Counted from the first letter of the stretch, positions 19,348 through 28,907 are shown. The stretch is 40,280 bases of DNA from Promethearchaeota archaeon (GCA_048941015.1 JBHLNZ010000027.1:3334-43613), one strand, 5' to 3'. Notes: generated from the letters alone by a model not told the origin. A program made the numbers and translations.

Positions 19348-19558
19348 TAATTTAATAAATAGATGGTAATAATTATATTCCAATTTACTGAATTGATTAG
19401 TTGATTGATCAGTTTTTTTATTTGAAAGTAAAAAAATAATTATTTTTATTATTCAATTTTTGGTGATTTTTCTTCTAGAGGTTGAACTTGGAATTAAATG
19501 AAATTGAATTCCTTAATTTTATTAACTTTAATCAAATAATAGTAAGGAGTTTGAAACT

Positions 19559-19801
19559 ATGCAAGTAATGAAAATGTTGAAAAAAATAATCTTTTTTACT
19601 ATAGCAATAGCTTTGTTATTAAGTGGATTCACATTAAGTATTATGACAATCCTTCCAGACACTGCGAGTAAACCTTGTCTATTAGGTTATTATGCTCATT
19701 GTTCTTTTGCGCCAATAAGCTCAATTATTCTCTTCACTTTCGGACTTTTAGGATTATTTCTTTTAATAAAGCTCGTGAAATCAGGTAAAAAAAATAAATA
19801 A
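19559..19801 (+). CDS. Small two-TM membrane protein with a Cys/His loop
   Basis: Two hydrophobic helices around 'ASKPCLLGYYAHCSFAP'; SD AGGAG. Confidence 0.7.
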   Translation: MQVMKMLKKIIFFTIAIALLLSGFTLSIMTILPDTASKPCLLGYYAHCSFAPISSIILFTFGLLGLFLLIKLVKSGKKNK

Positions 19802-19880
19802 AGTAATTTCAAATTTAACCAAAAAGAAATTATAAATTCTTAATCTATAAATATTTTTTTTTCTTCTTTTTAAACTATAT

Positions 19881-20801
19881 ATGGATGCAATCGACTTAAA
19901 AATAATTCAGATATTGATTATTAATTCAAGGTTGTCCTATAGAGAACTTGCGAGTCATTTAGACATAACTCTAAATGCAGTTTATAAAAGAGTTCAAAAA
20001 CTTATCGATTTAGGCGTCATTCGATGGTTTACTTCAAAAATTAATGCCTATGCAATTGGTGCATTTTATGCCTTTATTTTCGGCAAGAGTGATGCTCATA
20101 ATATAGACAAAGTCATGTTAGAGCTACAAAAGAATGAGAATACTACTCATCTTGTACTTACAAGTAGAAATTATTTATATATTGGCGCTTTTCTAAGAAA
20201 TGTTCATGGACTCGGAGATTATAGTTCTTTCATTTCTAATACTGCAGAAATTAAATCACCCATAGTTGGATTACGTGATGGCTCTTATCATTCTTCTCCA
20301 GTAGATCTTATCTATCCTAAATCCAATGTATTAAACATTGATAAATTAGATCTATCTATCATTCGAATGCTCCAAAAGGACTCCAGAAAACCAATCTCAG
20401 AAATTGCTGATGATCTTGGTAGTACTCCTAATACTATTCGCCGAAGATTATCACGTTTAATAAATGAGGGTATAGTTGAATTTACCCTTGATTTTCATCT
20501 TGAGGCTTCTGATAACCTATATTCCATTTTAATAATAGATTTAAAACCATCTACAGATAGAATTCAAATTGCAAAGATTTTAAGCAATAAATACCAACCT
20601 TTTATTATATTTTGTTGGACTTTTAGTAATCTGCCAAATAAACTCGTTTGCTTTGTTTGGAGTAGTACAATAAAAGAGCTCAATGATCTCTTAGAGAATA
20701 TTAAAAGTGAAGAAATAGATTCAGTTGTTACTGACATCATCAGAAAAGCTTTGTTTCTAGACACATGGTTGGACGAGTTGGTACATAAAAAAGAAATATA
20801 A
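19881..20801 (+). CDS. Lrp/AsnC family regulator with duplicated HTH+RAM units
   Basis: 'MDAIDLKIIQIL..NSRLSYRELA' and a second unit 'DKLDLSIIRMLQKDSRKPISEIA'. Confidence 0.9.
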   Translation: MDAIDLKIIQILIINSRLSYRELASHLDITLNAVYKRVQKLIDLGVIRWFTSKINAYAIGAFYAFIFGKSDAHNIDKVMLELQKNENTTHLVLTSRNYLYIGAFLRNVHGLGDYSSFISNTAEIKSPIVGLRDGSYHSSPVDLIYPKSNVLNIDKLDLSIIRMLQKDSRKPISEIADDLGSTPNTIRRRLSRLINEGIVEFTLDFHLEASDNLYSILIIDLKPSTDRIQIAKILSNKYQPFIIFCWTFSNLPNKLVCFVWSSTIKELNDLLENIKSEEIDSVVTDIIRKALFLDTWLDELVHKKEI

Positions 20802-20926
20802 TTTCTATTCGAGAATTTATATTTATGTTACTCGCAAAAAAATAACGATTTTTGAGTAATCTTTCTTTTTAAAGATAATAAAAAAAGAAAAAAAAATGTA
20901 ATTCCTTTTTAGTAATCTGTTTAACA

Positions 20927-21640
20927 TTAGAAAAGTAATCCTAATCGTAAATAGCCCCATAAAATGTGCCAGAATAAATAATAAACTAATCGAAATAAAT
21001 ACATGGTAAAGAAATCGTAGCGTTTAAAAATAAATAATTGGAGGAAATTGAACAGGTATAAATGAAATCCAAAAAAGATTACAATCCATAAAGGAAAATC
21101 AGAAGGAGTACCAAAAATCATCTGAAAAACCGGCTCTAATAATGAAACGATGAAAATACTTATCCATATAATCTTCTTTTGCTTTACATTTTTAAAAACC
21201 GATGTAAGAACAATTAAGAGAAGAGAAAGGGGGACTAAATGAAATAAAATTTCAACAACAAAACCCATTGTTGGATAGAATAACAAAGAATAAGGAAATA
21301 AAACGTTAATGTTCTCAGGATATACAAAATTTATATCAATAAGGATCGGAGTCATTACTAATAAAGAAGCTGGAATAGAAATAATCGCTATTCCTCTTAG
21401 ATTTCGCTTGTAAATATTGAACCAACTATAAGAAATGCCAACAGAAAATAGAACAAAAGCTAAAATGATAATAATAAATATCATCAATAGGGGATTAATA
21501 TCTCCAAAATACCTTCGAAATGAGAGAGGATTTGTTAAACATAGAATTATGCTGAATCCAATTATCAAAAAAGATAAGATAAGAAAAAATGTATACTGAA
21601 TCCGTTCCCTTGATATGATTTTTTTTAATTCAGTTATCAA
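20927..21640 (-). CDS. Multi-pass membrane protein (possibly divergent CPBP-like)
   Basis: About 7 TM helices; 'VEILFH' and 'YYLFWH' motifs. Confidence 0.7.
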   Translation of the reverse strand: MITELKKIISRERIQYTFFLILSFLIIGFSIILCLTNPLSFRRYFGDINPLLMIFIIIILAFVLFSVGISYSWFNIYKRNLRGIAIISIPASLLVMTPILIDINFVYPENINVLFPYSLLFYPTMGFVVEILFHLVPLSLLLIVLTSVFKNVKQKKIIWISIFIVSLLEPVFQMIFGTPSDFPLWIVIFFGFHLYLFNFLQLFIFKRYDFFTMYLFRLVYYLFWHILWGYLRLGLLF

Positions 21641-21946
21641 TTTTTATGACCAAAATATATAATTTTATTTAATTTCAAAAAGAATTCATCAGCATATAAC
21701 TCTAAGTTTAACTCTAAGTAGAAAAACACATAATTCAAACATAAAAAAAGAATACATTTTTGATTAATTGATAAAAAAATGAATCATTAAGTTTATCAAT
21801 TTTATTTCCTAATTGCTGTAATCATTAAGATAGAGGGACTATAATAATGTGGTTTTTGCTTGTATTTTAAACTTAGTTTTAAATCTAGGCCTCAATTTCT
21901 CTTATTTAACAAAATGATTACCTAAATAAAAATAACAAAATGAAGT

Positions 21947-22759
21947 GTGAATAAATTGAATATTAATTCTGAAAGTTCTGAAATTAAAAATAGTCCACAA
22001 AGAAGATTAACAAGGTTTTTTGGTCTGCTTTTGTTGATTTCAATACCAATCTGGATAATATCGGCTTTAACAAAACAATTTATTCCTGAAGGATTGCCAA
22101 TAAATCACATTGGTTTTATATTGGTATTTGCTCCAGCAATAGTAGCCTTTATTCTTAACTACAGAGACTACGGAAAAGAAACGGCAAAAAAACTATTAAA
22201 AAGGGCATTTGACTATAAGCGAATTGAACACAAGATTTGGTATCTACCAATCTTATTTCTATTACCAATTATGTCTTTCTTAACATTAGGATTAATAATA
22301 ATCTTAGGGATGCAATTTAATGAAAACTCAATAACCTTTGAAATATTGCCCTTATTGTTCATAGTTTTTATAATTTTTGCTATAGGGGAAGAAGTTGGAT
22401 GGCAGGGATATGTTTTTGATGCAATGCAAACTAAGTGGAAAAATCTGAACTCTGCAATAATTTTAGGCATAATTTGGCCGATTTGGCATATCCCATTGTT
22501 TATCATTCAAGAGCCTCCTGCTGGTTTAATATGGATTTTAAGTCAATGCTTATACATGGTAGTTCTACGGGTTCTAATCGTTTGGATATTCAATAATACA
22601 AACAGAAGCATTTTTGGAGCGATATTGATTCATGCTATATCTAATCTATGTACAATGATACTGCCGATATATAGCATACCGTTAGCAACATTGATCACTA
22701 GTCTGATGATAATTATTACTCTGATTATAGGTATATCCTTGAAGAAAATTAAAAAGTAG
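21947..22759 (+). CDS. CPBP (CAAX/Abi) family intramembrane metalloprotease
   Basis: 'GEEVGWQGY', 'WPIWHIP', 'AILIHAISN'. Confidence 0.92.
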   Translation: MNKLNINSESSEIKNSPQRRLTRFFGLLLLISIPIWIISALTKQFIPEGLPINHIGFILVFAPAIVAFILNYRDYGKETAKKLLKRAFDYKRIEHKIWYLPILFLLPIMSFLTLGLIIILGMQFNENSITFEILPLLFIVFIIFAIGEEVGWQGYVFDAMQTKWKNLNSAIILGIIWPIWHIPLFIIQEPPAGLIWILSQCLYMVVLRVLIVWIFNNTNRSIFGAILIHAISNLCTMILPIYSIPLATLITSLMIIITLIIGISLKKIKK

Positions 22760-22768
22760 TTCTAATAT

Positions 22769-22836
22769 ATTTCACAGGAATTTTCATTGAAACCTGATTC
22801 TGAATTTGCCTTTCCATTCCAATTTCAAAGGAAATT
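22769..22836 (+). repeat. Dispersed intergenic repeat R1, copy G
   Basis: ATTTCACAGGAATTTTCATTGAAACCTGATTCTGAATTTGCCTTTCCATTCCAATTTCAAAGGAAATT. Confidence 0.85.
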
Positions 22837-23043
22837 GAAAGGATCTTTTTTATTTTTCCCTTTTTTAAATTTTATTCCCATAAGTTATTATTACCGACAC
22901 ATCAACCGGAAAAAAAGTAAATTAAAAATTTTGCAGAATTTCATCTATAGATGTAAGGAAAACTATTTCTCTCCTACTATAAAGCAGAAATCATAATTAT
23001 TAAATATAAAATCAATCTAATTATAACACTAAACAAATAAAAT

Positions 23044-24132
23044 TTGGATGAGATCAGATTGAAATCAAATCGAAAAATAAAAATATTACTTCTAATAATT
23101 TTAGGAATCTTTTGTGCTTTCTCACCAATAATAACCACTAATCTCAATTCAGAATTTAGCACTGGTGTTGACTTAGATAAGGAAAATGTAAAAATCTCAA
23201 AAGTATGGGGAAAAGTTCACATTGATGATGCTAATCCAAGTATGAACTGGTCTGTCGCCAAAAACGATGAAATATGTACGGGAAATGGCACTTATTCTGA
23301 TCCTTATGTTATTGAAGATTTAGTAATAAATGGCGGCGGTTCAGGAGATTGTATTTTAATAGAAAATTCTAATGTATACTTTAGGATTGAAAATTGTACG
23401 GTCTACAATTCAGAGATTTACACTGATATTGAAAACTGGTGGTATAACTTGTGGAACCATTTTGCAGGAATCCGATTATCGAATGTAAACAATTCTTTAT
23501 TAATTGATAATGATTGTTACTCTAACAATGATGGGATACATGTAGACGGTTTTAATAACACCATTTCTGGAAATACTGCAAATAACAATATTAATGGGTC
23601 TGGGATATCTGTAGGGGGTTATAATAACATAGTTGCGGGAAACACTGCAAATAACAATGATTTTCCTGGGATATTGTTAAGTGGGTATAATTCTACTGTT
23701 TCAGGAAATATTGCAATGAATAATAGTTGGGCAGGTATTGGGATTGCGTTAATGAGTGGTTTCTATAACAATGTTTCGGGAAATACCGCAGCTATACAAT
23801 TATTTTATAGCGATTATAACACTATTTCGGGAAATACTGGAGTTGGAATAGCCTTGCTTGCTAGTAATTATAACACTATTTCAAGAAATACTGCAAGTTG
23901 GAGGATAATTTTAGATGATAGTGATTATAATATCGTTTCTGGGAATGATGCCTGTTGGGAAGAACGTGGTGACTGTGAAGGAAACGTATTTAGTGACAAT
24001 AATGGGCCTTGTCCTAAAGGAGATGATTTTCCAGTCGAACTGATTGTTTTAATTTCGGTTATTAGCGGAGGAGCAGTGATAGGGATAGCAGCCTTCCTAT
24101 TAATTAGACGTAAAAGGAAAAGAATAGAATAA
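23044..24132 (+). CDS. Secreted right-handed beta-helix (NosD/PbH1) protein with C-terminal TM anchor
   Basis: Signal peptide, 'GNGTYSDPYVIE', repeated 'NNTISGNTANNN', TM plus RRKRK tail. Confidence 0.88.
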   Translation: MDEIRLKSNRKIKILLLIILGIFCAFSPIITTNLNSEFSTGVDLDKENVKISKVWGKVHIDDANPSMNWSVAKNDEICTGNGTYSDPYVIEDLVINGGGSGDCILIENSNVYFRIENCTVYNSEIYTDIENWWYNLWNHFAGIRLSNVNNSLLIDNDCYSNNDGIHVDGFNNTISGNTANNNINGSGISVGGYNNIVAGNTANNNDFPGILLSGYNSTVSGNIAMNNSWAGIGIALMSGFYNNVSGNTAAIQLFYSDYNTISGNTGVGIALLASNYNTISRNTASWRIILDDSDYNIVSGNDACWEERGDCEGNVFSDNNGPCPKGDDFPVELIVLISVISGGAVIGIAAFLLIRRKRKRIE

Positions 24133-24133
24133 G

Positions 24134-24298
24134 TGGGGACTGAGGGAATCCCCCTAGGCTTAGAATCTAAGCCTAGATTTGAACCCCCGATTAACAGGTG
24201 TCAGCTCACACAATTTTGCTTATAGGATCTGGAGCCTGTTGTGTTCGGACACTGAAGCCGTAATATCTTCAGATACTACCGGGCTACACTAAGTCCCC
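24134..24298 (-). tRNA. trnW: tRNA-Trp(CCA) with three introns (D-loop ~24245-24276, 37/38 at 24200-24228, 59/60 at 24148-24177)
   Basis: Acceptor GGGGACT/AGTCCCC+A; D-stem GTGT/ACAC; anticodon stem ACAGG/CCTGT with loop CT-CCA-GA; T-arm GGGGG-TTCAAAT-CCCTC; removing the inserts leaves a 74-nt cloverleaf. Confidence 0.9.
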
Positions 24299-24383
24299 AG
24301 TGTTAAGATAATAATTAAGATGAAATAAAAAATATATATTTTACTTTATTAGGATTGATATTAGGTTGTAAATCAAATTTAAT

Positions 24384-25022
24384 GTGATTCATATTTCGAT
24401 AATTTTGGAACGATTAAAAAAGTTGAAAAATTTAATTATGAAAAGAATAACGATCGTTCAATTAACGATTGCGACGTTAATTTCTTTATTATTTCAATTT
24501 GTATTTCCATTTTGGTGGCAACCCTTACATTTTTACAATGGTGGGACAACTTATCAGCACGGCGATCCAGGGCTTAATCTTGTTATTTTTACGATAAGCC
24601 AATGGTATTTTTCATTGTCCGCAGCTTGGTTCATAAATCGTGAGAACAAATATCTAAATAATTTTCTTGCATATTCAATAGTACCCCTATCTTCGGTTCT
24701 TATTCCGGAGTTCTTTTTATACGGTTTATATTACGATTATATTCATATCTTTCCATTTATTGTGGCTATATATATTGTTTGGAAAAAGAGAGAAACGTTA
24801 TATGAAAAATTTGTTATTCCTAATTTCATTTTTGTATCTATTTGGCTTTATGTTGTTTATTTATGTAAGTTGGCATATTATCAAGGTCCATTTTTAACGT
24901 TCTTCTTTAACTGGTCTATAATTTCGATTTTAAATTTCATTTTTAGTATTTTTATACGATTTCTTAAGCGAAGAGATAATTTAAAGGAGAAATTGGGTGA
25001 GACTAAATTAAGAGCAATATGA
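24384..25022 (+). CDS. Multi-pass membrane protein, paralog of the next gene (alternative ATG at 24438)
   Basis: Shares 'QWYFSLSAAWF..R.NKYLNNFL' and 'YYDYIH' with 25090-25689. Confidence 0.8.
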   Translation: MIHISIILERLKKLKNLIMKRITIVQLTIATLISLLFQFVFPFWWQPLHFYNGGTTYQHGDPGLNLVIFTISQWYFSLSAAWFINRENKYLNNFLAYSIVPLSSVLIPEFFLYGLYYDYIHIFPFIVAIYIVWKKRETLYEKFVIPNFIFVSIWLYVVYLCKLAYYQGPFLTFFFNWSIISILNFIFSIFIRFLKRRDNLKEKLGETKLRAI

Positions 25023-25089
25023 CAAAAAAGTGAGTAATATAAGCTGTTAATTCAAAAACTAATAAAATGGTTATGAATTTTATAGTTAA

Positions 25090-25689
25090 ATGAAGAAGCT
25101 AAATGAATATAGTTTAAGAACTATAACATTAATTCAAATTGCGATAGCTACTTTAGTCTCATTAATTTTTCAATTCATAATTCCTCTAAATTGGCAACCA
25201 CTGGATGTTTATACTTTAGGGCCAGACGTTAAACATGGATATCCCGGCGCGAATATAGTTATATTTGCCTTAAGTCAATGGTTTTTCTCATTATCGGTAG
25301 CTTGGTTTGTATATCGTGATAATAAATATTTAAATAATTTTCTAGTATATGCCCTTGTTCCCACAACCACCATTATTTTTGCTGAATTTTTTGAGTTATT
25401 CCTCTATTATGATTATATCCATCTACTTACATTTTTAGTATCATTTTATATTATAATCAAAAAGAAGAAGGAGCTTATCCCAAAATATGTTATTTTTTAC
25501 CTATTAATTGCTACTCCTTGGTCATTTATTGACTATTTCTTTAAACTTGCTTATTATGATACAACTTTTTCTGAATTTCTTTTTAGTGGGATAATGTTTT
25601 TGATATTTACGATTATTCTTTCGTTTGTCATTAAGCTTTCAAAAATTGTAACTATTTTTCATAGAGAGAAAGGTTCTAAATTAAACTAA
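25090..25689 (+). CDS. Multi-pass membrane protein, tandem paralog
   Basis: 'QWFFSLSVAWFVYRDNKYLNNFL', 'YYDYIH'. Confidence 0.8.
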   Translation: MKKLNEYSLRTITLIQIAIATLVSLIFQFIIPLNWQPLDVYTLGPDVKHGYPGANIVIFALSQWFFSLSVAWFVYRDNKYLNNFLVYALVPTTTIIFAEFFELFLYYDYIHLLTFLVSFYIIIKKKKELIPKYVIFYLLIATPWSFIDYFFKLAYYDTTFSEFLFSGIMFLIFTIILSFVIKLSKIVTIFHREKGSKLN

Positions 25690-26184
25690 TTTTGAACCGC
25701 AATACTCACAAAATCTAAGATTTTCAGCATTTTTTAGACTGCTGCCACATGTTGGACAAAAATTAGGTTTTGCAGGGGCGGGGTCTCCTTTTTCAACAAT
25801 TACATATTGTGGAGTCTCGGTTACTTTTTGAAAGGATTCAAAAGTATAACCACAATTCCTACAATAATTAAGTTTAGGATTAAGAAATTTATTACAATTT
25901 GGGCACTTTTTAATTAATTCTAATCCACAATTTCTACAATATTCAGCATAAATGCTAACTGGAATATTGCATCTCGGGCAGTATTTTTTAGGCTCCCAAG
26001 AATACCGAATTATTATTAATGCTGGAACTAAAACTGCTAATATTAGAATTATAATGATAATAGCGAAATTTAGTCCAGTAAAGTATGAACCAATTAATAA
26101 TAATAGAATAAGGCAGAATAAAATAAGAATACAGATGAGCGAGATACTTTTAACACGATAATTAATTTGACTCATATTACTCAT
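25681..26184 (-). CDS. Membrane-anchored multi-zinc-ribbon protein
   Basis: Two TM helices followed by six CxxC motifs. Confidence 0.85.
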   Translation of the reverse strand: MSNMSQINYRVKSISLICILILFCLILLLLIGSYFTGLNFAIIIIILILAVLVPALIIIRYSWEPKKYCPRCNIPVSIYAEYCRNCGLELIKKCPNCNKFLNPKLNYCRNCGYTFESFQKVTETPQYVIVEKGDPAPAKPNFCPTCGSSLKNAENLRFCEYCGSKLV

Positions 26185-26270
26185 AATTTAATTATAAATA
26201 TACATTTTTATATTATTGGTTTTATAAACAGACAAATTATCCCTATTTTATAAGAGAATAGAATAGATTC

Positions 26271-26450
26271 TCATTTTAAAGCAGCATCTTTTTCTATTTG
26301 TTTCGTATTGCAATATGGGCATATTTTTGTGCCAATAGCAATTTGCTCTCCGCAAGCAAAGCATGTAGTTTTATTCTCACCATACTGAATTTTCTGTTCC
26401 TCAACTTTACTTGAATTCTGCAAATTATTAGTTGGATTTTTTCTTGACAT
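26271..26450 (-). CDS. 59-aa zinc-ribbon microprotein (below ORF-track cutoff)
   Basis: MSRKNPTNN...KTTCFACGEQIAIGTKICPYCNTKQIEKDAALK*. Confidence 0.75.
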   Translation of the reverse strand: MSRKNPTNNLQNSSKVEEQKIQYGENKTTCFACGEQIAIGTKICPYCNTKQIEKDAALK

Positions 26451-26647
26451 AATCGTTCAAATTAGTAATTTGTTTAAAGTCCTTTTCCATCTTAAAGAAA
26501 AGTAAAAGAATCTATAAAAAAAATGGAGTCCAATTTTTAATCATAAAAGAATTAAATCTAATATTCTTAAACAGTAAAATTTAAGAATTTTAATAGATTC
26601 TTTCTATTTATAAAAATAGTAATTAAAAGTAAAGGAGCTGATAAAAA

Positions 26648-26851
26648 ATTCCTGGTTCGCACGGTTCACTTACGAAAGCTGGTAAGGTAAAAATGCAAAC
26701 ACCTAAAATCGAAAAAACAGGTGTAAATTCAGAAAAGAAGAGGCCTCCAAGAATGCGATATAGAAAATTATACCTTCAAAGAATTGAAAAAGGGAGGTAT
26801 GGAGGTCAAAAAGAGTCTCTTGGTGCTAAAAGAGCTCAATTTTCCCGTTAG
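26648..26851 (+). CDS. rps30e: 30S ribosomal protein eS30 (S30e), apparent ATT start
   Basis: (M)PGSHGSLTKAGKVKMQTPKIEK...PPRMRYRKLY is the eS30 signature; SD-like GGAGCTGA at 26634-26641; in-frame TAA two codons upstream. Confidence 0.92.
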   Translation: MPGSHGSLTKAGKVKMQTPKIEKTGVNSEKKRPPRMRYRKLYLQRIEKGRYGGQKESLGAKRAQFSR

Positions 26852-26872
26852 TATAATAAATTTCTTTTTATT

Positions 26873-28771
26873 TTAGTCAAATACTCCAATCTTTTTAAGT
26901 TGGTTTATGAAAATTTGGCTTTGTTTATAATAATAATTTGATTTACTACTATCTTTAGCGATCATATCATTATAATCGCACATTAGGAGGTTCCATCTGA
27001 TAGCTCTTCGCATACCTGGAATCTCTTTAACATTTTGTGATAATCGATTTTCCACACTTTTTAATAAAAACATAGCTTTCTTTGAATCAATCCTATGATG
27101 AATATAAAATTCAGCTAATTCTAAAACAATATCATAAAAGAGATATACATATTTTTTTTCTGCAAAGTCAATTCCCACGGTATCAATTGCTGTTCTCAGC
27201 AATTTCTGAGCTTGAGATAAATTCCCTCTTGTTTTATAATCTTTTGCGCGTAATAGATGGTAGCTTAGTTTTACTTTGATGGAATTACTTCCTAATTGAA
27301 AAGCCATCTTAAAGTGGTTTTTAGCTTGAACTAGTTTAGCATTTTCTTGACTTATGAATCCCATATAAAGATAGGCCATCCCTAAATATTCATCTTTATT
27401 AAGAGATGTTTCTTCTTTTTCTAAAAAATTAATAATGATATTAAAATGATTTTCTGCTTTAACCAATTCATTTGATTCAAAGTATAATTTTCCTAATTTA
27501 TGATGTATTTTTACAATATATTTAATTGGAACGTCTCCAGCTTTAGTTACTCCTAAAGCAGATTCTAAATAATTAATTCTAATATCTTTTTGATTTAATA
27601 ATGATGCTATTTTTTCTAATTTCAATAATATTGAAACAACAACTTTCCTCTGATGATTTTTATTAAAAACTTTTAGGGAATTATTTAATATTTCAGCAGC
27701 TTCATTAAATCTATAATTTTTTATTAGTTCTTCTGCTTCAGTATAAGCTTGAATTGTTTCTATTACTTCAAAATTGGTAGGTGGTGAATTAAAAAGATCA
27801 TTATGAATTTGATATAACTCTCTCTTTGCTATTGAGCTTTCATAATGGAGCGCTGAAAAAGGGAAGTTGTTTTGATCTAACTCAAAATCATTGGATTCCA
27901 ATTCGCGTTCTGGTTTAAATTGAATGAAGTCATTATGGTTAATATCAGCTAAATTTATGATTTCAATTATCGAATTGAGAATTAATCGCGTAAATTTAAT
28001 CCAATTCTCTAAATATACTTCTAATTTAAAATCTGTTTCGTTAAATAACTTAGTTAAAACATAAGGCGTGTATGAATCAAATGAGGCTCGAATGTAAAAT
28101 TTATTATATTCTAAATCTTTAAAGTAAGAAATATAACCTTTTTCAAATATGAAAAATTCATCGAAAGGTTCATCATTTGAAAAAAATAAGGTTTCAGAGG
28201 TTCTTATTTTGGGAACTCCCTGCTTTAATTCCCATGGAAGTCTAAAAGTTGGTTGTAGTCCAATCTTCCTTAATACATCTACGATTTGAACAATATAAGT
28301 AGAATCAAATTGTTGTAGTTTATCTCTTTTATTCATTAAGGAAATTCTTATCCGGTTCAACCAAGTGCTTTCAATTTCATCCCTTATAGGCTCAGGCATG
28401 AGAATATTTAATAATTCTAATAATTCACTTTCTTTTCCTTTAATAGGGAAGTTATGTTCTATGGTTAATTTCAATTCTAGATCTCTAAGCATTTTAATAA
28501 AGTAAAGAATAATTTTATTTGTATTTGGATTTAAATACCATAATTTAAAAGAAATGCAAAATCTAAAATTTACTATTTCAAAAGGGATATTAAGTCTAAG
28601 TGGTAGTAAAATAGGGAATTTAATTGTAAATAATATTAACTTGTCTTTTTTAATACTATATCTAAAATAATTTTCAATATTTGCTGAAATGTTCCATCCA
28701 TTTTTTTCAATAATTTCTCTTAAGTTTTCAATTTCAAAAGAAGAAAACGGCTTTATCGACATATATAGCAA
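26873..28771 (-). CDS. Large hypothetical protein with C-terminal TPR repeats
   Basis: 'HHKLGKLYFESNELVKAENHF', 'AYLYMGFISQENAKLVQAKNHFKMAF'. Confidence 0.8.
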   Translation of the reverse strand: MLYMSIKPFSSFEIENLREIIEKNGWNISANIENYFRYSIKKDKLILFTIKFPILLPLRLNIPFEIVNFRFCISFKLWYLNPNTNKIILYFIKMLRDLELKLTIEHNFPIKGKESELLELLNILMPEPIRDEIESTWLNRIRISLMNKRDKLQQFDSTYIVQIVDVLRKIGLQPTFRLPWELKQGVPKIRTSETLFFSNDEPFDEFFIFEKGYISYFKDLEYNKFYIRASFDSYTPYVLTKLFNETDFKLEVYLENWIKFTRLILNSIIEIINLADINHNDFIQFKPERELESNDFELDQNNFPFSALHYESSIAKRELYQIHNDLFNSPPTNFEVIETIQAYTEAEELIKNYRFNEAAEILNNSLKVFNKNHQRKVVVSILLKLEKIASLLNQKDIRINYLESALGVTKAGDVPIKYIVKIHHKLGKLYFESNELVKAENHFNIIINFLEKEETSLNKDEYLGMAYLYMGFISQENAKLVQAKNHFKMAFQLGSNSIKVKLSYHLLRAKDYKTRGNLSQAQKLLRTAIDTVGIDFAEKKYVYLFYDIVLELAEFYIHHRIDSKKAMFLLKSVENRLSQNVKEIPGMRRAIRWNLLMCDYNDMIAKDSSKSNYYYKQSQIFINQLKKIGVFD

Positions 28772-28907
28772 ACAATTTTTTTTTTAAAATATTTCTAGTT
28801 AACTAATAAAAATCTCCAATTTTAACTTTTACACAATTCGATAGAAATTTTATATACTTGAATTTATTTGTTAAAATTGAAAATTAAAAAAATTATAAAA
28901 TTACGTT

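Noticed and set aside
10677-22759. ICMT plus CPBP protease as a eukaryote-like CaaX processing pathway
   Set aside because: Both families are widespread in prokaryotes, the genes are ~10 kb apart, and no prenyltransferase is visible.
10615-22836. R1 as a CRISPR array or classical integron attC array
   Set aside because: Spacing is 0.7-3.5 kb with whole genes between copies; there is no cas gene, no integrase and no RYYYAAC/GTTRRRY core in the window.
22787-22996. 69-aa ORF MKPDSEFAFPF...
   Set aside because: It starts inside R1 copy G; other copies show no consistently conserved frame or start, so it is probably spurious.
1-24133. Provirus or integrative element attached at tRNA-Trp
   Set aside because: No integrase, capsid or replication gene, and I found no duplicated tRNA 3' end (att) in the window.
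24200-24228. C/D-box guide RNA in the tRNA-Trp anticodon intron, as in Euryarchaeota
   Set aside because: A CTGA (D-box-like) is present, but there is no RUGAUGA C box and 29 nt is too short.
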